From positions 5,270,001-5,334,000 of the forward strand of contig OZ316776.1 of the NCBI GenBank assembly GCA_973851085.1: a stretch of 64,000 bases of DNA. The letters run 5' to 3'. The notes below the pieces were generated by a model, which did not search any database, was not told the DNA's origin, and saw nothing but the letters and a program-made list of their open reading frames with translations. This document shows, in pieces, positions 35,297 through 49,900 of this stretch. Position numbers and translations under genes: made by a program. The stretch's first letter is position 1. Every line of letters begins with the position of its first letter. This DNA comes from Ptychomitrium polyphyllum (Eukaryota).

Positions 35297-38200
35297 ATGC
35301 CAAGGGGTGAAGAAGTCAATATGATTGATTAAAAAGAAGCCAAGTTAGATTCCTTTATCAATAACCTTGAAGCATTGAGGATCAAGACCAAGACTTTATC
35401 CAAGCGAAATGAAGAACTGTACTTAACCATACATAATGATTAAGTAGCAAAAACACCGCAATTTCTATTCCAAGTCAACTTACGTGCTTCATTGTCTCAA
35501 CTTGATTTAATAGAAGACAGACAAGTTCAAGCCGGAAATTCAACATCAACGGCCAAAGAACTAAAAATCAGCCTTCCAAAAAATTTTAATGGTACGCGTT
35601 CAAGATTTTGAAGTTTTATAAACCAGGTTCAATTTGTTACCTTGCTTCAACCTTGAGGTTATCATACAAATGTTTCACGCATTGGTTTGGTGGGAACATT
35701 ACTCTCAAGATAAGCATTGTTATGGTTTTCTACTTTTTGAAAAGAATTCTTCCATACTTAGTAACTTTGATGCGTTCCTAGCCGCATTTGCAAAAACATT
35801 TGGTGACCATGACAAGCTCTACTCTGCAAATACTAAAATTTGTGCCTTGTGCCAAGGGCCACATTCTATGTCAACTTATGCATTGGAATTTTGACAACTT
35901 ATATACGACATTAATTGGGAAGAAGAAGTGTTAATGAATCAATTTCATTGGGGCGTATGTAATGAGATTAAGGATTTATTTTTGTCCATGCCAGACATGT
36001 AGACACTTGATGAGGCCATTTGTCAAGCTTTGTAGGGCAATAACCATCAATTTCAACGTAGGCAAGATAAAATAGACTTTGATTACGCTGCAGCCATATA
36101 CCAACTTTTCAGCAGCCTCAGCCTTATCCACCTATATTAAGTATTTGGAAGCAAAAACCATGCAAATTGATGCGGTTTGCTTCAAACCTTTTATTGTATA
36201 TGAAAAGAATCGACGAAGGAAGCAAAGATTGTATTTGTACTATGGAAAATCTAACAATAAAGTTGATAACTGCCTAGAGAAACTTCTACATACATATTGG
36301 ATGAGAAGTACAACTACAACCCCAAATGCTTTGCAAGAAAACAAAGACATCTAGGTACAGTAGGGACCATGCAGCTGGATCCGCTTCTTTTACAAAAAAA
36401 AACATCTTATTTTCTTGGCCCATTCCTCCTTTTGTTTTAATATATTTATCTTTTTAGCTATTCAGAGACTCAAAAGCCTTGCTTTATAAAATTCAAGAGC
36501 CATTACTTGTCTTATTGATGAAAATTTCTAAAAATCCATAAAAAAAAAAATTATTAAAAGTCTAAATCCGTCCCTATAGAGGTCATACATGGTTAATCGT
36601 TATCTTTGGAGATGTTATTCATGAGACCAATCCATTAATAATAACATTGGACAACCATAGTAATCAAGCAATATTTAATGTCATTAAGTCTTCATCAAGT
36701 CCCATCATTCTAGAGCTTTCTTGGCTTGAAAAGTACAACCTATAGATAGATTGGACATCTTGTAAAATAGAATTTCCATCATTTGAAATTGTAACTATTA
36801 AGCCTACGGAGGAAGCTCAAACATCTTATAGATCTAAAACCATAAAGCCTCTCTTCATTGGAGTTAAAGCATATATGAGAGTAGCAAAGACTTGTGCTTC
36901 TTTTGTTGTATATGCAATTTCAACGTCCAAAGTTGTGGCTTCATCCTCAATAATTCCATAATAGTATAAGGAATTCAATGATGTATTCAAAAAGAAGAAT
37001 GTAGACACCCTATCAGAACATCATCCTTACAACTGTGTCATAAACCTCCAAGACGGCACTTAGCCACCATTTGGACCTATCTATAATTTATTCCAAAACA
37101 GGCTTACATCACTGAAGGAATACATTGATGAAAACTTAGCCAAGAATTTCATTCAACATTCAAAGTTTCTTACTGGTGCTCCGATACTTTTTATAAATAA
37201 GAAAGATGAATCCTTACAAATGTGTGTCGATTACCGCGGCCTCAACAAAATGACGATGAAGAACCAATACTCATTGCTGTTGATATTTGGGCTTCTTAAT
37301 CAACTCGGACAAGCAAAGATCTAAACCAAAATAGAATTGCAAAGAGCCTACAATTTAGTGCGCATCAAATAAGGAGACAAATAGAAGACAACTTTTTGGA
37401 AGGTATGGACATTTTGAATACAATGTCATGCCTTTTGAACTTATCATTGCACCCGCCACTTTTCAACATTAGATGAATGATATATTTTGGAAGTGCCTCG
37501 ATGATTTTATCATATGCTATCTGAATGATATCTCAACCTATTCAAAAAATCCAAAGGAACATGAATGACATGTCCGCATAGTCCTACAAAAACTACAAGA
37601 TGTTGGTTTGTATGCCAAGCTTGCAAAATGTGTATTTCACAAACCCCAGATTAAATTCCTTGGATATGTCATTTTCAACAAAGGACTGTTGATGGATCCA
37701 AAGAATATTGAAGGAGTTAGCAATTGGACGAGGCTAAAATCACGTACGTGATGTCCAATTTTTTTTAAAATTTGCAAAACTCCATAGGATCTTCATCAAG
37801 GACTATTCTCAAATAGCTACACATCTCACGCGACTAACATGCAAGGAAAAGCTTGAGTGGGATCCGATGTTGAGGATGCATTTCAAAGTTTGAAGCAAGC
37901 TTTTACTACAGCTTCTATCATATTCCATCCGGACTTTTCAAAGAAAATTTATCTTGAAACAAATGCTTTTGACTTTGCACTAGAAGCAATTTTGTCACAA
38001 ATGGGAGGAATAGGAAGACTCATCCGATTGCATTCCATTCCTATAAATTTTCCGCTGCTGAAATCAACTACAAAATCCACAACAAGGAACTCCTTGCAAT
38101 TGTAGATTCTTTCTAAGAAATGGCATCACTTACACGAGGGTGCCGCGCATCCAGTTATTGTATATACAAATTACAAGAACTTGGAATATTTCATATTAGC

Positions 38201-39490
38201 TCGTGTTTTGAATTGCCGCTAAGCTCATTGGAATATATTTCTATCTCAATTTGATGTTTGCATCACATATTGACCCAAAAAATAGCAAGGATTACCAGAT
38301 GCTTTGTCAAAACAATCACACCTTGCACCAAAGGAGGAAGAGGCAGCACACAATTAACAACAAGCAGCTTTGTTGAAATCCAAACGGTTTTGTGTACATA
38401 CAACTACCATTTCAACTCCGGTGGATTCATTGTTCCTTGACTAGGTTGTGTGGCATCTACCAAAGACCTTATTCTTAATATCAAGCGTCATTCCAACAAC
38501 CTCCCTGAAGTTGTGTTTAAATTCAAATTATAAGACAACCGTCTCTAATTTTAAGAACGACTATATATTCTGGAAGGGCTAGTTCATCTTTGTGTACTTC
38601 AAACACGTCATGACTTTTCTGTGGCTGGATATTTTGGATCCAATAAGACCTTGGAATTCCTCTCTTTAGATATTTGGTGGCTTCAATTATGGAAGGTTGT
38701 TAAGGAGTTTGTACTCTTGTATGATACCTGCTTTTGGTTGAAGAACCTTTGACACCGTCCATATAGACTTGTCTAACCACTACCTATTCCAAGGCAAATA
38801 GGATCATCAAATTTCATGAATTTCATCACAGATCTTCCACCATCAAATTCTTATGATATCATCTTTGTTGTGGTAGACAAGTTGACCAAAATAGTACGTT
38901 TTGTAGCTTCTAAAAAGACAATTATGAGTGAAGCGATTGCTACACTCTTTATTGAAAACAACCATGAAGATTCAACTAGAAAAAACTCAAGAACAATACA
39001 AAATGGTAGAAAATGCAACAAGAAAGGAACAAACTCCATTCCAAGTTGGTGAGAAAGTGTGGTTCCTTCGACGCAATAGAAAGACCAACAGGCCATGTGA
39101 CAAGCTGGACTATTGTAGATTGGGACCATTTGCAATCAAAAAACAAGTCAAGCATATAGCATATTATTTGGAACTATCAACATCAATAGAGGTACATCTC
39201 GCCTTCCATGTTTCACTTTTGAAAACTTATAAGGAATCAAGTACCCCTGAATAAAGGCAACTAGTACCACCTATGGTCAAAATTGATGATCATTTTGAAT
39301 TTGAAGTAGAAGAAATGTTTGATTTACAGATAAGACGTGGAAAATTGGAGACTTGTTCTATTGGCGCGGATATGACATTAATGAATGCACATGGGAGCAA
39401 GCCAATAATCTTGCCAATTCACTTGTAAGAGTTTGTGAATTCCATCAACAACTTCCATCTAAACCAAAAATAACAGTACAACAAATAGTA
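35297..39490 (+). pseudogene. Heavily decayed gag-pol of chromovirus A, with an integrase core deletion near 38960
   Basis: [54 protein letters not shown] and FEFEVEEMFD..WRGYDINECTWE. Confidence 0.85.
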
Positions 39491-41841
39491 GCTTAGTAAG
39501 GTTGTGTAACCTTAAAGGTTCTTGATGCTTGGATTTTTAAGTAGGAGAGAAAGCACTTCCAAGATCATAAGTTTCCAAAGTCCAAGACATAATTTAGAAA
39601 TTAGATATTTGTATTTTGAAATTTATTGTAGTTCTTCAAGAGTATCTCAATATATTAGATCTGGACACTCAAGATGTAGATACCATGCCAATGGTGTCTA
39701 TTCAACCAAGTGGCTTTCATCAATGACCTTATGACAAAGAACAGATTGAACCAAGAAAACGTCAAAAGATACCTAGCAATAAATTGTTGGTGATTGTCTT
39801 TGAAGTCAAACCAATTTACAAAGGTTATTCAAAAGCAGTGTTTGAAGGACAATTTCACAACAAGATACGAAACTTCATGCTTGGTTCCAAGTAGAAGGCG
39901 TAGGACATTATCGCTGGTTACAAAGATCCATGACCATTTGAATTGTAAAAGGCAATTGAAATATGTTTTGGATACCATGCGACAAATTTTTGACTTCTTA
40001 CAACCTTTAGCACTTGATGCAACATGCTCCTTTGAGACCTTGGAGGTAGAAGAAGAAGTACTATTACACACGTGCGTATGAAAAGTTTTTAAAGAAGTTC
40101 ATAAAATGTTTAGGAAGCTTTTAAAGTAATTATCAGAACCTAAAAAGCTTCCTAGAAAACAACTCGAGGTTGCTTAAGTGCCAAGAAATATAGTAAAAGC
40201 ATCTCAAAAAGCTTCCAAGGCTTGAAGCTTCAGTATATATAAGAATCAAGTATAAAAAGATCTTCAATCTTTGAAAGCACCAGTTGTAGAACCAAAAGAC
40301 ATGGAAATGGGACTAAAGACAAAACCGTCATCTTCTCGTATTCATTGGATTATGATGGAATTGGTAGGTGTACCAAGCTAATAGATTTATTTTTTAAAAA
40401 ATGATAGAATATTCCAAAGATGATGACAAATATGTAGGGAACAATGGCTACAAGGTGGATTTGGTAGTTGGCTTTTATAAAGACATTAAGAAGAGCCGAA
40501 ATAGATGATGCTTTCTATAGTCTAAGGTTGTTGGATATCCGGTTGGAAATTTAGTGGTATTGGCCTAGGGAAGGATGGATTGGTCATGGCAAGGAGCAAA
40601 AAGTCCAAAAAATATAAAATGCAACTAAAGTTGAATTGTTAAGTTGAGCGGAGGTTAGTTCCAAGGAAAATGAGAATCTTAGGATACAAGCACCGGGGCG
40701 GCTAATAGAGTCAAATGATTCTACACCAAAAAATGGTGCTCAATTATACTTGAAGTTATATTACGGTAGACAATATAAACAAGCACAAATATCAAAGCTT
40801 TGAGTATTTTGCAGGAACATCAGGACTACCAAGTTTGAATTAAAGGATCAAAGATGAGTACTTTGGTTGTTGAATTTGTTTTTAGAATCCTATAACGTAG
40901 AGATAGTAAGAAGGAATTTAAAATATTTGCAAGTGTTTGAACAAGAGAAACGTATTTAAAACACTACATGGTTGCCAAACCTTAGAATCAATGACTATTA
41001 AATATGAGGATATTGGTAGCTAAGAATCTACAAGAAATGAAAAAAATATATACTTAGAATAATCTCAAAACTTACGTAATGATTGCTACTTAACCAATCT
41101 TTCAAAAAAACACACTTCAATAATCCTGGAACAAAAATATGATTTATCAAAAAAGATACACTACACCCTCAACTCTCTTGTTTGAGGGTTTAAATATTGT
41201 ATTTTAAATTATATAATTCTAAATTTGTCGTCTGAGTTAATAGATTATAAACTATCATCTAATGTATCCAGTTAGAGGACCTCCGCTTGTACTAAGAAGA
41301 GGAGTTTGGTAGTACCGGATATGCCGCAACCCGTGCAATACACCTTAACAAGCGTTACAAACGTCAACCCTGTACACCCCCACATGCACACAATAAGCTC
41401 CCATTTCCACTTTCTAAGCCTTAGGCTTGGATTCCAAATCTTCCTATTCATTTCTTTAAGACACCCAATTGGTCGGTAGCCAATGATTAGGTGCGTGCTT
41501 CCATTCATATCTAAGGCCTCACTTGCTGTTATTTCCATTCCACACGGCTTAACCGCATTTAGTGGTGTCTCTTTGCCATTACTCATGATATCCATGTAAG
41601 CCAAGGTTATCTCGGCCCAACATGGTGCCGACATGAAGATACCACCCCAAAGTAGTGACACCTTGCGCACACTTGAGAATCTGCAAGTTCCCTTTGTAAA
41701 ATTGGCCACTCACCGGCTCACAATGGTGTGGAAGTCCCCGTGGTGAAGATCCAATACTAGCTCTACCTACCGGAATTCACCCTTAAATGCTACTCAGACA
41801 CTATAGGAGTGGGGAGGAAAACCAACCATCCTTATAATACT

Positions 41842-43356
41842 TTTTGAGCATTAGAATCAGCTCATTATAGGTTTTGTCTCAAAAAAACAACAAAATTTAA
41901 CATTGTAGAAGCAATTAGGTCTAATTAGGACAAAAGAACTTGAATTATCGTTGTTATTAGGGAACGCAAAGGGCGAATAGGTAGATGCTCATGGTCCATG
42001 GCACTTAAGGCCAATGCAAAAAGGGAATTATAGAAGAAAAGATGAATTTTAGAACTTGGATACAACTGCTGATGGTTTTAGAACTGCAGCTAAATTTAGA
42101 ATGATAGTGAAAATCTAGAATTATTATTGATTTTAGAATAGTAGCTAAATTTAGATCTGCAGCTACATTTAGAAAAAAATCAAAGTATGAATTAGGATCA
42201 AGTGGCCTAGAAACTTTAGCAACCAATGAGAATGGAATAGAGAAGTGAGGTTTCCTATAAAAAGGAAGAAAAGGCAAGCAAAGATATACTTAGGTTTTTT
42301 TAGCAAACAAGAGTTAGTTTGGAACACATACTTAGTCTTTTTGAGCGAAAAATAGTTAAACTTAGGGTTAGGTTTTGGAGTAGTTAGACCATTAGTTTTA
42401 CACAAGTAGTTTTGAGGAAAGGAGAAGTAGGTATTTTGAATAAAACTTTTGAGGTGTACAAGAGTTTAGGTATCCAATAGTTAAAGTTGGTTTTGGGAAA
42501 TCAAAATTTTAGCAATATAGGAAGGCGGTTAGGAGAAAGGAAGATTGATTGTAAATAGGGGAAAGGACTTAGGCAGAAAAAATGGCTGACTTTGAACCGC
42601 CATAGCTAATTGTAGAATTGGAGGTTAAACTTGAGATTTTGAGGGTTGGAGTGCCTTAAAGTAAGCTTTTCAAAAAGCTAAAGGAAATACAATTCCAAGA
42701 TTTGACAAGGCGGTGGAGCGACATCAATCGCCAAGGGGTCTGCAGCCTAAGGTCAGGACAAACCAAACCCAATCCGAACTTTGGTGAGACATAACTTTGT
42801 TGTCACTTATTCAAATGCTATAATTCTTGTTAAAAATAGAACACTTTGAAGTAAGTTTTTCAACAAGCTATAGGAGGCACAACTCCAAGAGTTGACAAAA
42901 TAATGACAAGCAATTGAGTGCCACGGAATCTGCAACCCTATGCGAAACTTAGAGGCGTAGAAGTTAGAGTTAGTATTTTGTCTTTTTTATATTATTGGTG
43001 TTAGGTCTTCAGCTAATATGCTATCTTTTGAATTGTTGTGGATTCTTGGCCATTTTGAAACCTAAAGCCTTGAATTTAAGATTGATATTGATGTTGATTA
43101 GAGTTAAAATCACAATGACAAGGTAAATTTCTCCTAATTATATTATTGAACTTAATCACCTTCCATTCAGCCTTTTATTTAGCCACATGCCCTTTTAATT
43201 ACTTAATCCTTGTAAGTTAGAAGGTGGCCACTTACAAAAAAAAGTAAAATTTTAGCTCATGAAAATACCTAGACAAATTAATCTAAACTACAACGCAATG
43301 AGGACAATGTGGACAATTAGTCTTCTCAATTAGTGGGAAGATTTATTAGGCACACA
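41842..43356 (-). mobile_element. Solo LTR, family B
   Basis: Reverse complement of 21306-22789 + 34796-34934. Flanked by duplicated TACT (41838-41841 and 43357-43360). Confidence 0.8.
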
Positions 43357-43844
43357 TACTCTCTGTGGAATTTGGCAGATTCTTGAGTCCTCTGTAATTG
43401 GCCGAACCTTGAAACATTCAAAACTTTGGAAGACCACCCAATCCGCCTTGGAACTTAGCAGTTGGAAGCCTCCGGAACTTGCTACGGACCTTTAGGGTCT
43501 AATGTCTACCATGTCTGGTCTTTGAATCTATTAAACAACCACTCTATCATCATCTAGTCTTTGTGCAAATGCCAATAGATTCTTCAAACGTCCAATTTGA
43601 GTTAGTATTTTGGGAGATATGCCTCTCCTAAGATTTGAGACTCCTAGGAGTCTCTCTCTACATTGTCCTAGTCCAGCAGAGTCCCAGTCCAAAACAGCCC
43701 CTCGACAACTCCAACTTTGGAATTCCATATCTTCGAACTCCCTTGTTTGATTTGAGCAATTGTTAGGATTCTAGAATCAATTCATCATTAGGCATCCAAT
43801 GCTTATGACTTCTTATTATGGTTCTTAGTCTTTTTGGACAGAAA

Positions 43845-44235
43845 TGTCTTACGGACATACATATTAGAAGCATCTAGAAAGTTATTTAGAAGGTTTAGGA
43901 AGCTTCCAAGAAAGTTGCCTTGACTTAAGAAGCTTCCAAAAAAGTTATCTCGACTTAAGAAACTTCCAAGGAAGCAACTTAAGGGTGCTGGAGTACAAAG
44001 CAATGTAATAGAAGCTTTCCAAAAAGCTTCTAAGGCTTATAGTTCTTATATATATATGAATCAAGACTGAAGGGATCTTGAATCTAGACAACGCATCTCT
44101 TGTTGTGTAGTTTAGACTTTCTAGCCTGGTCTTTTGTATCTTGTTATAGTTCTACTCCTCTAATATACCTTAGACATATCTTATTCCACATCTTCAAATC
44201 CTGAAGCTATGTCTTGTACCTACTCTGTCTATACA
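43845..44235 (+). mobile_element. Isolated LTR, family A
   Basis: TGTCTTACGGACATAC...CTATACA, colinear with the reassembled 5' LTR of A. TSD not clear. Confidence 0.72.
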
Positions 44236-46689
44236 AGTATGTTTCTCTATCAAAGTCTTTTTGTACTCTGAGCCTACTTGAATCACCTCACTCTTGGCTT
44301 CATAAATCCCGGACGTCATTCCGAGGTTCCCTTTGTGCCCTTGATGTAGTGGACATCCCTCAAAGAGTGGTGCACAACTCTAACCTTGAATTTGCAAGAG
44401 AGAAACTTGATACAATTTACTGAAGCAACATAAGAGAAGATGCTCCTTCAAAAGAATAAATAAAATCTTTTTCTTAAACTTTAAAGGGAGATGCCTATAA
44501 ACCTATTGAAGGCCAGTGGCCACATTTCAGTTGGAGAATTGATGAAAATGCTTATAATGCTAATTCCATAACAAAGTGTATTTTGAAGTATAAGATCTAG
44601 ATTTTTTTTTGTATTATACATGTTCAATACCACAAATTTAATCATATTCCTATCATTGAAGGTCTCTCAAATACATGCATGTACTTTGGAGTTTTAAACC
44701 AAGTACATATTCACACATACAATACCTTCAAATATATAAATTACACATCATTGCATATTTCATACTTTATATTGTGTATGTTTTTTTGAAGTTTGAAAAA
44801 TGTATTTTCTTATAAGAATGGATATAAGATATTCATAAGCAATTCTATGTGTATAATTTTGAGCAAATAATATAGGTTCATACATGTGACACTTAAAAGT
44901 TCATGGTAAATTTTATACAAATGTAGTTTATAAATGTCATATGTTGTTAAAACACCTGTAACATAAAGTAATTCTAAATTTCATTAATTTTCTTTGTAAA
45001 AGGATTTATTTATTGCTTAATGAGCACCTCCTCAAAAATCACAAAAGATGTCCACACAATAAGTTGAAAATACAAATAATTTATAAAAATTTAATAGCAT
45101 GTTGAGCATTCTTGAATTTTCTCCATATTACAAATATTGTAGTGGTTTGTACGTCATACAATCAAATACCACAAATAGACGTTGTGTTCATAAAAAGGTC
45201 CATTAATATTAAAAAATTCATTGAAAAATAAATTTTTTTCATGCAATGGTGTGGAATCCAAAGGGCTAAATTTGAATTGAATTTATATAAGCATTTATTC
45301 TTGGAAGCATAATATGATCAATTCATTCATTGCCTTAAGCCTCTCCTTCTACAATGATGGTCTTTTATTTTTTATAATTATTTTGTATTCTATCAAATTT
45401 TATGGTTTGAAAGTACAAGGAATATATTAATTAGTTCATCATCTTAAGGAATGGAAATGTTTTAAAGTCTCATTGCATTTTATTTCCAATGCAAGAATTT
45501 AAAAATCAATGTCTTGAATTTTATAATCAATTAATTCCTAACATTCTTCTACTATATTGTACAAAGATCACTTTAGTATGGGCATAACTAGTACAAAGAG
45601 CACAAATTGACAAGGTTTAGAAGATCATGTCAATTACTTTGTGCATACATTTGAGAAGTACAAGAAAGATATAATTTATGCAAAAGAATTCTTGCTATAG
45701 AAGGAGGTTGCAAAACGATGCTATAACATATAAAATTTTGATAGAATTTTTGTGTATTTGATGCTTTTATGAAATCTAAAACCTAAAATTGTACACAAGA
45801 AGAGAAATTACATGATGTCATAAAAGTACAATTAAAAAATTTAGAAGCCTTTTTTGGTGAAACTAAACACTTTTTCCACCAATAGAGGTGATATAGGCAT
45901 CATGATATAATGAGATAAAGAGAGAAATGATGGAAAGAGTCAATAAGATCCAATCATCAATATCTTCTTTAAAGTCCAAAAACTCTCCAATTCCAAAGTC
46001 CTCCATAGAGTCCTTAGTTGAAAACACCAAGACTTCCAATTGCCATTTCCATGTCCATATTTTGGTATAATAAAAGGCCTCAATTAGTGAACTAAGCATA
46101 ATGATTGGATAATGATATATAATAATCAATGGACTAGCATATAGGATCATCTATAAGTATGTGCTGTTGTTTTCCAAAAATAGAGGCAAAGAATCATTTT
46201 CATGTTATGTGAATTCTTTTAAAAGACACAACTATTTTCACTTCTTTTTATGTGTATTTTTCATTTGAGTCAATTAATGTTGACCTCTCACTTACTATTT
46301 TGCACAATTCATAGATCATTACTTATTTGATGAGCACAAGCAGCTTAATTATACATTAATGCTAAACTTAAATCAAGATCCAAATCACATTGTTTAAAAG
46401 CTATTTTAGAACTTTCAAATTCAGAACTATCAAATTCCTTAGTATGTATGCAATGTTTTATTAAGAATTTACAAACACTTGAAATGAAAACAAGGTGCAA
46501 CATGAAGAGATTGTGGAAAAATTTAAGTTTAATAATCTATTTAAGGAAAGCAAGCAAAACAACTTGGAGTCTTTGTACTAGACTTCAAAAACTAGTGGAA
46601 AACCATAGAATAAAGCCATGACTTATGATACTTGATCAGCAGATTAAGAGACAAACTCCACACTTTTGCGGGGAAAAAAAATCAAGTGT

Positions 46690-46968
46690 ACAAATAACTC
46701 TGTTGTAAGACAATGGTCTTGTATATTGTTGTTAAAATTTTGAAGCTTAAGAGCATATGAAAAGTCTATAGAAGCTTTTTAAGAAGTTTTATGTGGAAGT
46801 TGAACCTTCCAAAGAAGCTTTTATTGAGAAGGTGGTTTGTTTCCAAGAAGCTTTTTAAGAATTGGAATGATTATGGAAGCATTGAAAGTTATCAAGAAAG
46901 CTACCATAATTTACTAGAAGATTCTAGAAAATTTTAAAAATTATGTTTCATGATATATGTTTGTGAAA
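46690..46968 (-). mobile_element. Highly decayed D-like LTR remnant
   Basis: TTATGTTTCATGATATATGTTTGTGAAA resembles the reverse complement of the D LTR start and is preceded by degenerate GAAGCTT/GAACCTTCC units. Confidence 0.55.
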
Positions 46969-49900
46969 GGTTATTTAGGACAGATTTGAGTAGTGTTTCC
47001 AAATTGTAGATTGGAACTGTAGGCATTTTTTTATTAAGGAGTGCCTACTAGGCCACTGCAAATATAATAGCAAGTTGATTAGGAAATATCAAGAAGAATA
47101 TTTCCGCCTTTAACACACATGCCACAAAAAAATAATGAAAGCTTGGTAAAAACACAGCTTTGAAATGCTTGAATTATTTTATTTTGATCATACATGTGAA
47201 CGTTGAATCTGAGTTTTTAATACATCCAACTTGTAAAATCATTTTTAAACAATTGAAAAGCAACAAAATTTGAAAATTTTATAATATAATTAGTCCAATA
47301 TATTGGATGGACTATCCATTGAAAAAACTATTTTGGAAGATGGCTATGGCAATTCCAAAACAAAGATAGAAATAAGAACATTGTTGTAAAAGTTATTGGA
47401 GACCAAAGCCCATGGATTCATCATATTTATATTTTCTTGAAAGAAATGATTATAAAAATATACTTAATGAATTACAAGTATTACAAATTTAATAAAGTAT
47501 AATTCCAATGATTCTAATTTCATGATAAACAACATTTGTTTTGCTATTGCTTATTGATTGATGGAATCTATCATAAATAGACTTATTTTGTGCACATAAT
47601 TTATAAAAACATTTATGCAAATTTTTTTTATACTTGCTAGCAAGAAGCTTAAAAAATATAAAGCAAGCATTTGTTATTTTGTAAGCAAGATTGGAACATA
47701 ATTCAAAATCTTAGTGAATTGTAGTCAATGGATATCATTGATAATATAAAGATGGCATTTCTTATCATGCAAAATAAAAACATACAAGACAAAGAAGATG
47801 AAAATCATTAAAGTATTTTTTATTTAGATAGAATATATAGAATGTGCAGAGGTTTGCCTTTTGACAAAGTTGCAAAGAACCTTAGAAGCTAATAATTACA
47901 ATTTTACTAGTGCTTTCTTAGTTGAATATTTGAGGGCAATAAAATATCATTAACATAGAGAGTGAGTATAATGATAAGTACAAGTATAGGTTTGGATACA
48001 AGTGTAAAAGAGATTGAGAGTGTAAATATACATGAAACTAATCTTTCAAAGACCAAGCAACCATACAATAGATTATCAATCAAAATCAAAATCTTTATTT
48101 GATGAAATAAAACAACATTTTCATCTACTTTCTTTTCTCAAATCTTATGCTAAATCATTCCCTTTGTATTATATAAATCTTTAAACTAGGTTAATGTAGT
48201 TTTTATAAGATGATTTTTTTTTAAATGATATTTAAAAGGCAACCTTTCAAAATAAATAAAATATAATTAATATTATTATTCCATTTTAAAGTGTACATTA
48301 TTTGAAACTATTACAAAAATTCTTACATAAAAATTGCCATTTTTAAATTTTTAATAAATTCTTTGTTAATTTAAACTTGAAATTTTGATTTATTGAAAAA
48401 TAATATAATAAATCCAATTGCATGAACATGATCTACACATAGGCACCTACAAATTCTTTTTGATTTGTTAATGCCATTTTATTTTTCTTTAAATGGTTAA
48501 ATAATATCCAAGGTCTATAAAGAGATTAAATAACCTTCTCATAGTATGGTGGATAGCATTGGAGCATACCACAACAAAGACTTATAATCCATTCTCTATT
48601 GTATAGGATATATAAAGCTTGTTGTATGTATGGTTTAAATCTTCTATAAAGAAGTGTACATTCATCTTTTTAAACAAGTAATTAGAACACTAGAGATAAA
48701 TGCTTTTTTAGTATTTTTTCAAAAATTTGAAGGTATTAGAAGGATATTTTGTATTAAAAAAATCTTGCAATTAAAAATTGTGCAATTGAAGTCAATATGC
48801 ACGTAAATTTTTGTTCTAAAGCAATTAATATAATATTCTTTTCACTTTTTTTTATAAAAAGATAATATGAAATTTTAAAACATTTTTAATTTCTACGTTT
48901 GAAATGTATTTGAAAGTTCTAGTTTTATTAATATGAGGAACAAACATTTATTCTTTAAGAGAAAATAATATGTTTTCTAAATACTATTAACTTTTATTAT
49001 AACCACATGTTTTGATATAGGATTTTGTGATTAAATTCACAATTCTAAAGTTACAACTAAGTATTTTATACAATCATGAAATTAAGATCAAAACTACAAA
49101 TATAATAACTAATCACATTATTTTTAAATAAAAATATAATTATTTAACAATTAAATACATCCTTCCAAATTTATTATCACATGCTCAACAATAAATTACA
49201 CGTTTTTTAAAATAAAAATACATATTTAGTAATATAAATTTAAGATATAACTTCATATTTTGATTTAAGTATATATTTAGCATTTTCAATGCATAAGTTT
49301 TATTCATTAGCACACATGTAGTTTTTTTTCCTATTATTTCTTATTAAAAAATTTATAGTCATTTTATTTTTAAACAACAAGTTTAAGACTTCCAAAATAT
49401 TGAGTGAATGGTGTCTTATTTACATTTCAAAATATCCTTCTAATATTCTTTAAACTACTTTAATAATAAAATAACTATACAACTAATTTTTTAAACTTTG
49501 AATGAATGAACTAAAGACTTTACATTCATGCACAATTCTAAAGTTTTCAAATTTTTTAAATTTTTGTTATAAGTATTCATAAAACTATTATTCTATCCTC
49601 CAAAAAGATTAAAAAAAAACAAACTTTATTCTTATACCTTTTGGTTCCGTTCCTTTAGAATAAATGGTAGAATAAAGATAGTTTGTATTTCTTAAATGGA
49701 CTTCATATTTAAACCAATATGAGGTATCATATTATTCCTTGATTTTAATAAAAGACAACATTATACAAAGGAATAGTTTTTATTTCATACAAATAGGTGT
49801 AGCTAGTATTAAAAAAAAAAGGATAATTAGTGAAGATGAAATATTATTAAAGAGACAAATGCAAGCATTTACTTTTATAATTAAAGAGAGAAAAAAAAAG

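Larger units (their letters stand above)
21116..40275 (+). mobile_element. Older chromovirus, family A; 5' LTR (21116-21305 + 34940-~35107) split by B; truncated 3' LTR ~40062-40275
   Basis: The two LTR halves join into a sequence colinear with the LTR at 43845-44235. Decayed gag-PR-RT-RH-INT-chromodomain occupies 35297-39490, and a purine tract lies at ~40042-40060. Confidence 0.8.
20620..41319 (-). mobile_element. Remnant of a minus-strand G-family element (E): partial 5' LTR ~40981-41319, leader ~40280-40980, gag ~20620-21115; hosts element A
   Basis: Minus-strand TTTGGCAACCATGTAGTGTTT at ~40959-40979 matches the PBS region at 3048-3068. The adjacent sequence resembles the G LTR. A gag-like ORF lies at 20626-20814 (LAFEKRFQLIK...VNQNPCEWIEDFIEGF). 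Joining the two halves is an inference. Confidence 0.55.
41320..44379 (+). mobile_element. Family-F LTR carrying two nested LTR insertions
   Basis: Segments 41320-41841, 43357-43844 and 44236-44379 reassemble into the reverse complement of 3657-4803. Confidence 0.78.

Noticed and set aside
44400..49900. Possible DNA transposon, Helitron or endogenous giant-virus relic
   Set aside because: Only AT-rich sequence with short patches of coding-like texture. I found no diagnostic motif, terminal repeat or long ORF that I can support.
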